Source of the DNA: an uncultured Treponema sp.
GTDB lineage: Bacteria; Spirochaetota; Spirochaetia; Treponematales; Treponemataceae
Length of the DNA stretch: 64,000 nucleotides
NCBI RefSeq assembly: GCF_946187725.1
Contig: NZ_CAMHSK010000002.1
Location: forward strand, 58,848-122,847
Reading direction: 5' to 3'
This document shows positions 57,946-64,000 of the stretch, piece after piece (position 1 is the stretch's first letter; the number at the start of each line of letters is the position of its first letter). The position numbers and the translations under genes are program-made. The notes beneath the pieces are model-generated. The model did no database searches, was not told where the DNA came from, and was given only the letters and a program-made list of their open reading frames with translations.

Positions 57946-58073
57946 GTTGGATTTTGTTGGATTTTGTTGGATTTTGTTGGTTTTTGTTGGTTTTTGTTGG
58001 TTTTTGTTGGTTTTTGTTGGATTTTTGTTGGATTTTTGTTGGATTTTGCTGGATTTTTGTTGGATTTTGCTGG
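57941..58073 (+). repeat. 13 head-to-tail 10/11-bp T-tract repeats
   Basis: Eight 10-bp units (W)TTTTGTTGG at 57941-58020, then units of 11, 11, 10, 11 and 10 bp (ATTTTTGTTGG / ATTTTGCTGG) to 58073. Confidence 0.95.
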
Positions 58074-58102
58074 AAATCCTGTTTTTTTTCAATAATTAAG
58101 AC

Positions 58103-58119
58103 TTGGCACGCATATTGCT
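58103..58119 (+). promoter_or_regulatory. sigma54 (RpoN) -24/-12 promoter
   Basis: TTGGCACG-CATA-TTGCT matches YTGGCACG-N4-TTGCW at every conserved position. GG is at 58105-58106 and GC at 58117-58118. SD GGAGG lies at 58131-58135 and the ATG at 58140. Confidence 0.6.
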
Positions 58120-58139
58120 TTAATAAAAGTGGAGGCAAT

Positions 58140-59099
58140 ATGAAAAAGATTGACATTGAAGATTTACCTGAATATGTACGGGAACACAAACTTACAAAAA
58201 AGGAAGCCACAAAAATCATCTGGGAAGAAATTTACATGAATCCGAACAGGTACGGACTTATGTACTTTTCGGAAGATCAGAAAAGCGACCTGCTTATATT
58301 CATGCAAAAACACTTCGAAAAACTCTTTGATAAGTTCATACCGGGAACAATCACTTTCAGGACATTTATAATAGGCTGCATAACAAATCATAAAAAGCAG
58401 TTTTTGAAAAATCAGATGATGAACGAGGTAGAAAGACGGAGCTTAATAGCTTATTTCGAAACAAAACTTGAAGAAGATTCCCAAAAATACCTCATTAAAA
58501 TCGCAGAGGATGATGAAATCGAAACTTGCCCAAAAAACAAGACATTTTCGGACATCACAAACCAGGAACTAGGTAAGCTGGACAAACGCAATAAGAGGAT
58601 TGCCGAACTGACAGCCCTTGTCCTTATGATGAAAGCCTGCAAGGACATCGACGATGACATGTTAAAATCAATAAGCGACTTCACCGGAATCCAGAAAAAT
58701 GTGCTTTTTAAAACGATTGAAGAACTGAAAGAATCGATGGCCAGAAAAGATGAAAGAAGCCAGGTTTTGATACAGAAAAGAAACAATGCGTTCTTTTTCC
58801 ACCGCAAATACATGCAGGAGATGAGAGCACCAAATGCGAACGAAAAAAGACTGGTAGAACTAAGAAAGAAATATGCAAATCAAACGAAAAAATGGGAAAA
58901 TCATAACAAAAATCTTTCTATCCGTTCAAATTCTCCCTCAAATGAAGAAATCGCACGAATCATCGGAATAAAACCAAGAACTGTTTCTTTCTATATTAAC
59001 CACGCAAAAAATGAATCAAACAGGCTGAGGATTCAAAAATTCTTCAATAAAGAAAGAACCGACGATGTTCCAGAAAATGAGAATACACAAGACTACTAG
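58140..59099 (+). CDS. Hypothetical protein with a C-terminal HTH and weak sigma70 region 2/4-like features
   Basis: Start at MKKIDIED with a strong GGAGG SD. The C-terminal SNEEIARIIGIKPRTVSFYINHAK looks like a sigma region 4.2 HTH. ITFRTFIIGCITNHKKQFLKN resembles region 2. The composition is K/E/N-rich. Confidence 0.55.
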   Translation: MKKIDIEDLPEYVREHKLTKKEATKIIWEEIYMNPNRYGLMYFSEDQKSDLLIFMQKHFEKLFDKFIPGTITFRTFIIGCITNHKKQFLKNQMMNEVERRSLIAYFETKLEEDSQKYLIKIAEDDEIETCPKNKTFSDITNQELGKLDKRNKRIAELTALVLMMKACKDIDDDMLKSISDFTGIQKNVLFKTIEELKESMARKDERSQVLIQKRNNAFFFHRKYMQEMRAPNANEKRLVELRKKYANQTKKWENHNKNLSIRSNSPSNEEIARIIGIKPRTVSFYINHAKNESNRLRIQKFFNKERTDDVPENENTQDY

Positions 59100-59143
59100 A
59101 CAAGATTCATGGTATTCAGTATGATTTTGCTGAGGTAAAAAAA

Positions 59144-59782
59144 ATGAGCTCAAAAAAACGACTTTATCTTGCATCTGGCAATAAGCATAAACGCGCAGAA
59201 ATGCAGCAAATTCTCCCTGATTTTGAGATTAGAATCCCAAGTGACGATGGAATTAATTTTGACCCGGTTGAAGATGGCAAATCTTTCTATGAAAACTCAC
59301 TGATAAAAGCACGCGCCCTCTGGGAACTTGTTCATGAACCAGTTATTGCTGACGATTCAGGAATTTGTGTTGACGCGCTGAATGGCGAACCAGGCATTTT
59401 CACTTCACGATATGCTGGTCCGTCCTTCATGCACGGAAAGCCTGACGGAACCAAAATCTCTCAGGAAGAGCAGAACCGCTTTCTGATTGAACAACTGAAT
59501 GCAACAGGCTCTTCTGACCGTTCCTGTCACTACACATGCGCAATGGTCCTTCTTTTAAATCCAGACAGATTTTTTGTCGCACAGGAAACCTTTGAGGGTG
59601 AGTTGATTACTTCAATCGAAAAACAGGCAGGAACAGGCGGATTCGGCTACGATCCAATTGTTTTCCTTCCTCAATATAATAAAACGGTTGCTGAAATTTC
59701 CGCAGATGAAAAAAACAAAATCTCGCACCGAGGAAAAGCTGTCAGGGCAATTGCTCAGATTCTTGAAAAGCTCGATTTTTAA
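59144..59782 (+). CDS. rdgB: Non-canonical purine NTP pyrophosphatase (dITP/XTP), RdgB/HAM1 family
   Basis: LASGNKHKRAEM, ADDSGICVDALNGEPG, GGFGYDPIF and SHRG motifs. Confidence 0.85.
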   Translation: MSSKKRLYLASGNKHKRAEMQQILPDFEIRIPSDDGINFDPVEDGKSFYENSLIKARALWELVHEPVIADDSGICVDALNGEPGIFTSRYAGPSFMHGKPDGTKISQEEQNRFLIEQLNATGSSDRSCHYTCAMVLLLNPDRFFVAQETFEGELITSIEKQAGTGGFGYDPIVFLPQYNKTVAEISADEKNKISHRGKAVRAIAQILEKLDF

Positions 59783-60003
59783 TCAAAAAAGCATCTAATG
59801 GCAGCAAGAACTACAGCGATAATGCAGACGATTTCTGACAAAACTGGGTTAGAAACATGTCTTATTATCCTGTTGCGGTAAATTCATCAAATCAATAAAA
59901 TAGAAGAGAAAATTAAACACGGATAAATGCCGATACACTTGAATTACAAAAATTTCAACTGAGTTCATCTGCTTATATCCGCGTCAAAAAAAGGACAAAT
60001 AAA

Positions 60004-61332
60004 ATGCTTGATTATCGATTTATTAAAGAACATCTTGATGAAGTAAAAAAGAACATCTCTGACCGAAATATGGTCGCAGATGCAGATCTTGTCGTAAAAC
60101 TGTTTGACGAACGCACAGCACTCACAACAAAACTGCAGGCATTGCAACAGAAAAGAAACGAAAATGCAGCTTCAATGAAGCAGAAACTCGATGCCGAAAC
60201 TCGTGCAAAATATATCGAAGAAGGCAAAAAGATTAAGGATGATGTTACTGCCGCAGAAAAAGAACTTGCTGAAGTCGAAGCAAAACTTGATGAAGCAGGT
60301 CGCCAAATTCCGAACATGCACCATCCTGACACTCCAATCGGAAAGCTCGATACCGAGAACCTTGAGGTCAAAAAGGTCGGCACTCCTCGCAAATTTGATT
60401 TCCAGCCAAAAGATCATGTTACTTTGGGCGAAGAGCTTGACATCATCGATTTTGAACGGGGAACTAAAGTAAGCGGTCCGAAATTCTACTATCTTAAAAA
60501 CGAAGCAGTTTTCCTTGAACAGGCACTTATCATGTATGCATTGGGTGTTCTCCGCAAGCATGGATTCACACATTTTATTACTCCAGATGTTGCAAAGCAG
60601 GAAATCTTGCAGGGCATTGGTTTCAATCCGCGTGGAAACGAATCTAATGTATACTGCATCGAAGAAGAAGGAACATGTCTTGTTGCAACAGCAGAAATCA
60701 CTTTGGGTGGCTACCACGCAGGCGAAATTCTTGACAAATCATCACTTCCGCTTTTCTACTGCGGTCTTTCTCACTGTTTCCGCCGAGAGGCAGGTGGAGC
60801 CGGTCAGTTCTCAAAAGGCTTGTACCGAGTTCATCAGTTCGACAAGGTTGAAATGTTCGTCTACTCTCTTCCAGAAGATTCAGACAAAATCCATGAAAAA
60901 CTCCGCTTGATTGAAGAAGAAATTTTCGAGGGACTGGGCTTGCCTTTCCATGTCGTTGACACTTGTACAGGCGATTTGGGCGCACCAGCTTACAGAAAAT
61001 GGGATTTGGAAGCATGGATGCCTGGCCGTGCAACAGAAGAGCATCCGGAAGGTGATTACGGCGAAGTTACATCTACATCAAACTGCACCGATTATCAGGC
61101 TCGCCGTCTGAATGTTAAATATCATGACGATGACGGAAAAAACAAGTATGTCCACATGCTCAACGGAACTGCTATCGCCGTTGGACGAGCTATGCTTGCA
61201 ATTCTCGAAAACTATCAGAATGCAGACGGTTCTGTTACAATTCCTGAAGTTCTTGTTCCTTACTGCGGATTCGACAAAATCGTTCCAAAAGCACAGAAAA
61301 AGGATCCGATTTATCATCCGGCAAAAAAATAA
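60004..61332 (+). CDS. serS: Seryl-tRNA synthetase
   Basis: N-terminal coiled-coil arm (MLDYRFIKEHLDEVKKNI) and class II core motifs (FRREAG, GTAIAVGRAMLAILEN). Confidence 0.95.
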   Translation: MLDYRFIKEHLDEVKKNISDRNMVADADLVVKLFDERTALTTKLQALQQKRNENAASMKQKLDAETRAKYIEEGKKIKDDVTAAEKELAEVEAKLDEAGRQIPNMHHPDTPIGKLDTENLEVKKVGTPRKFDFQPKDHVTLGEELDIIDFERGTKVSGPKFYYLKNEAVFLEQALIMYALGVLRKHGFTHFITPDVAKQEILQGIGFNPRGNESNVYCIEEEGTCLVATAEITLGGYHAGEILDKSSLPLFYCGLSHCFRREAGGAGQFSKGLYRVHQFDKVEMFVYSLPEDSDKIHEKLRLIEEEIFEGLGLPFHVVDTCTGDLGAPAYRKWDLEAWMPGRATEEHPEGDYGEVTSTSNCTDYQARRLNVKYHDDDGKNKYVHMLNGTAIAVGRAMLAILENYQNADGSVTIPEVLVPYCGFDKIVPKAQKKDPIYHPAKK

Positions 61333-62430
61333 ATGGAAAACAGCAGATTTTTGAGAGGCATTTTCTTCTTTCTCATCTTCATGAGCATTGTTCTGGCAGG
61401 CTTCCTGCTCAAGCTCATGGAGAGTTTTTTCAAGCCTGTAGTCCTCTCAGTTCTGCTGGCCTGTGTTTTTTATCCTTTCATACGAAAACTGAACACAAAA
61501 TTCAAAATTCCTTGGTTTCTGGGAATTTTGATTGTCTACACCACTTTTCTAGTCATCTTTTCAGGTCTTGTAAACATCTTAAGTTCAAGCCTTATGTCAA
61601 TCGTGGAGTCTTATCCAAAATACGAAGAAAGATTCCGCACAATTTACCGTACAATGCAGGAAAGTTTTGCTGCAAATTCAGATTCCAGTCTGCTCAATTT
61701 TTTCTTCGATTTCAATCAGGATCAGACTCTTCTCGAAAATATCAGCAATCAGCTTAATATCCTTTCACTTCTAAAGAATTTTGCTGTAAATTTCACCAAT
61801 TCGCTTGTTTCTTTCATGAAAAGTACTTTTTTGGTTCTTCTCTTTTCAATTTTTCTTCTTCTTGAAATGAAATTCATAAAAATCAAGATTTCAACGGCTT
61901 TTTCAAGCGAAAACAGTACCAAAATTCATGACATAATGAGCAGAATAGCAATCGATACAACGCATTATGTTTCAATCAAATTCTTAATTTCACTTGCGAC
62001 TGGAATTCTCATGATTCTCAGCTGTCTTGTTGCAGGGATTGACTTTCCGCTCGTGTGGGGCTTTATTGCTTTTCTGCTGAATTTTGTGCCAACTTTTGGT
62101 TCAATTATCTCAACAGGGCTCACAGTGGTTTTTGCATTCATGCAGTGCTATCCTTCTGTCCTTCCTGTTATTTTTCTTGCGATTTTTCTTGCAGTAATGA
62201 ATATCTTTTTGGGAAATGTGGTTGAGCCAAGAATCGAAGGCGAAAATCTTGGAATTTCTCCTTTTGTGATTCTTGTAAGTCTTTCTCTCTGGGGATGGCT
62301 CTGGGGTTTTTTGGGCTTAATTATCGCAGTTCCGCTCATGGTAATCATCAAAATTTTCTGCGAAAACATCTCCTACCTTCGGCCAATCGGGATTCTTTTG
62401 GGAAGCGGCAAAACTGCACGACAAGATTAA
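61333..62430 (+). CDS. AI-2E family transporter (PerM/UPF0118)
   Basis: 365-aa polytopic protein with the C-terminal pattern PFVILVSLSLWGWLWGFLGLIIAVPL typical of the family. The start abuts the serS stop. Confidence 0.75.
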   Translation: MENSRFLRGIFFFLIFMSIVLAGFLLKLMESFFKPVVLSVLLACVFYPFIRKLNTKFKIPWFLGILIVYTTFLVIFSGLVNILSSSLMSIVESYPKYEERFRTIYRTMQESFAANSDSSLLNFFFDFNQDQTLLENISNQLNILSLLKNFAVNFTNSLVSFMKSTFLVLLFSIFLLLEMKFIKIKISTAFSSENSTKIHDIMSRIAIDTTHYVSIKFLISLATGILMILSCLVAGIDFPLVWGFIAFLLNFVPTFGSIISTGLTVVFAFMQCYPSVLPVIFLAIFLAVMNIFLGNVVEPRIEGENLGISPFVILVSLSLWGWLWGFLGLIIAVPLMVIIKIFCENISYLRPIGILLGSGKTARQD

Positions 62431-62432
62431 GC

Positions 62433-62467
62433 GAACGGCACTCATAAGAATGCCGCCCGTTCTTTTT
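62433..62467. terminator. Hairpin terminator between convergent genes
   Basis: GAACGG (62433-62438) pairs with CCGTTC (62457-62462). An inner GGCA/TGCC pairing is possible. Followed by TTTTTG. Confidence 0.5.
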
Positions 62468-62486
62468 GCATTTCAATTAGCAAGAC

Positions 62487-63854
62487 TTAGATTTTTGGAG
62501 TTTTTGCAAGACTTGCGGCAATTTCATCATCAGTCGGAATATAATCGCTCATTGTGCCGTCGTTGAATGCCTTGTAAGCGTACATGTCGAAGTAGCCGGT
62601 ACCAGTGAGACCGAAGAGAATTGTCTTTTCTTCGCCTGTTTCTTTGCACTTCAATGCTTCATCGATTGCAACGCGGATTGCATGGCTTGATTCAGGGGCA
62701 GGCAAGATTCCCTCTACTCGGGCAAATTCCTGTGCTGCCGCAAAAACAGCTGTCTGTTCGACAGAGCGTGCTTCCATGAGACCGTCATCGTAAAGCTGAG
62801 AGAGAATTGAGCTCATACCGTGATATCGCAAGCCTCCCGCATGGTTTGGTGAAGGCATGAATTCGCTTCCGAGAGTGTACATTTTTGCAAGCGGACAGAC
62901 ATGGCCTGTATCGCAGAAGTCATAGACATATTTTCCGCGAGTGAGTGAAGGACAGCTTGCAGGCTCTACAGCGATGAACTGATAGTCAGCTTCTCCACGA
63001 AGTTTTCGGCCCATGAACGGAGAAATCAATCCGCCAAGGTTTGAACCGCCACCAGCACAGCCGATGATTACATCAGGTTTGATTCCGTATTTATCCATTG
63101 CGGTCATCGTTTCAAGACCGATTACAGTCTGATGAAGAAGAACCTGATTCAAAACGCTTCCGAGAACATAGCGGTAGCCTTCCTGCTTTGTGGCAGCCTC
63201 GACAGCCTCAGAAATGGCACAACCAAGACTTCCGCCAGTGCCAGGGAATTCAGCCAAAATCTTTCGGCCAACTTCAGTCGTGTCGCTTGGAGAAGGAGTG
63301 ATTTTGGCACCGTAAGTGCGGATTACTTCACGACGGAATGGTTTTTGCTCATAAGAGACTTTGACCATGTAAACCTGACAGTCCAAATCAAAGTACGAGC
63401 ATGCCATTGAAAGAGCCGTTCCCCACTGACCAGCACCAGTTTCAGTCGTAACGCCCTTTAAGCCCTGTTTTTTAGCATAATAAGCCTGTGCTATTGCGGA
63501 ATTGAGTTTGTGACTTCCGCTCGTGTTGTTACCTTCGAATTTATAGTAGATTTTAGCAGGAGTGCCAAGCTTCTTTTCGAGACAGTAAGCGCGCACAAGA
63601 GGAGCAGGACGGTACATTTTGTAGAACTCACGGATTTCGGCCGGAATAGGAATATTTGCAGTTGTATCGTCAAGTTCCTGTTTTACAAGCTCGTCACAGA
63701 AGACATGAGAAAGTTCTTCGGCTGTGCAAGGCTTTCCTGTGCCGGGATTCAAAAGCGGTGCCGGCTTGTTCTTCATGTCGGCACGCACATTATACCATGA
63801 TGTTGGAAGTTCGTTTTCAGCAAGATAAATTTTGTAAGGGATTTTTTCAGACAT
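62487..63854 (-). CDS. trpB: TrpB-like PLP enzyme, tryptophan synthase beta type 2 (TrpB2)
   Basis: 455-aa long form. N-terminal LPTSWYNVRADM, PLP-lysine context GSHKLNSA, and GCAGGGSN. Confidence 0.8.
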   Translation of the reverse strand: MSEKIPYKIYLAENELPTSWYNVRADMKNKPAPLLNPGTGKPCTAEELSHVFCDELVKQELDDTTANIPIPAEIREFYKMYRPAPLVRAYCLEKKLGTPAKIYYKFEGNNTSGSHKLNSAIAQAYYAKKQGLKGVTTETGAGQWGTALSMACSYFDLDCQVYMVKVSYEQKPFRREVIRTYGAKITPSPSDTTEVGRKILAEFPGTGGSLGCAISEAVEAATKQEGYRYVLGSVLNQVLLHQTVIGLETMTAMDKYGIKPDVIIGCAGGGSNLGGLISPFMGRKLRGEADYQFIAVEPASCPSLTRGKYVYDFCDTGHVCPLAKMYTLGSEFMPSPNHAGGLRYHGMSSILSQLYDDGLMEARSVEQTAVFAAAQEFARVEGILPAPESSHAIRVAIDEALKCKETGEEKTILFGLTGTGYFDMYAYKAFNDGTMSDYIPTDDEIAASLAKTPKI

Positions 63855-63892
63855 TGATTTTCTCCAAAATATTTCTATTTATAGTAACATCA

Positions 63893-63921
63893 ATTATACA
63901 GTTAAAATCCCTATACAGCAA
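63893..63921 (-). promoter_or_regulatory. sigma70-type promoter for trpB2
   Basis: The minus strand reads TTGCTG, 17-nt spacer, TATAAT, about 40 nt upstream of the start. GGAG SD present. Confidence 0.4.
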
Positions 63922-63931
63922 GACTAAAAAA

Positions 63932-64000
63932 CTACTCGCACTGCATTTTGATTACATAGCTTTCGTTTGCCGGAATCTCCACGATGAGAGAATCCCCTTC
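63932..64000 (-). CDS. 3' end of an unidentified minus-strand gene (truncated by the window)
   Basis: Open frame of 22 codons, ...EGDSLIVEIPANESYVIKMQCE, ending at TAG (complement of 63932-63934). Too short to name. Confidence 0.3.
   Translation of the reverse strand, partial: EGDSLIVEIPANESYVIKMQCE

Noticed and set aside
57941-58073. The 10-bp repeat array read as a CRISPR array or as coding sequence
   Set aside because: Units are contiguous with no spacers and far too short for CRISPR. The in-frame plus-strand reading (ORF 57954, FVGFCW repeats) and the minus-strand readings (ORFs 57889..58092 and 57911..58219, QQKS/PTK repeats) are low-complexity artefacts. The SD and the sigma54 promoter lie between the array and the real ATG.
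59783-60003. 221-bp gap upstream of serS as a possible T-box leader
   Set aside because: I could find no T-box sequence (AGGGTGGTACCGCG-like), no specifier hairpin and no terminator/antiterminator pair by eye.

Overview
This window reads as core chromosome of a Treponema-type spirochaete. The taxon call is an inference from the fliK(tap1)-flgD-flgE hook operon and the FlgE Lys165/Cys178/Asn179 triad. I support about 46 protein genes, almost all housekeeping. They cover proteolysis and translation quality control (clpX 3' end, M18 aminopeptidase, tmRNA, rlmJ, serS), queuosine salvage (preQ1-I riboswitch, queF, yhhQ), and the envelope (lipoprotein alpha-2-macroglobulin with pbpC, a class A PBP, an M23 peptidase, lnt, secA). 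DNA repair is represented by recJ, mfd, recO, sbcCD, a UDG-family glycosylase and rdgB. Transport genes are a feoA-feoB fusion, bioY-ecfA-ecfT, an amino-acid binding protein and an AI-2E family permease; the rest are metabolic genes. RNA genes are one tmRNA and one tRNA(CAT). I see no CRISPR array, transposase, integrase, reverse transcriptase, toxin-antitoxin pair or recognisable defence operon, and I cannot point to a new protein system with confidence. The unexplained structure is non-coding. (1) A full-consensus sigma54 promoter sits behind a 13-unit, 10/11-bp phased T-tract array and drives an orphan ORF with weak sigma70-like features (57941-59099). (2) A 175-bp segment seeded in the tRNA 3' end is triplicated in tandem, and a hairpin in it is kept by compensatory substitutions (54789-55345). 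(3) A GC-rich hairpin with a C-rich loop plus a canonical terminator lies upstream of the class A PBP gene (28314-28402). (4) The alpha-2-macroglobulin gene is preceded by an overlapping promoter/terminator/Shine-Dalgarno (SD) arrangement. Coordinates of non-ORF features were hand-counted and may be off by 1-2 nt.
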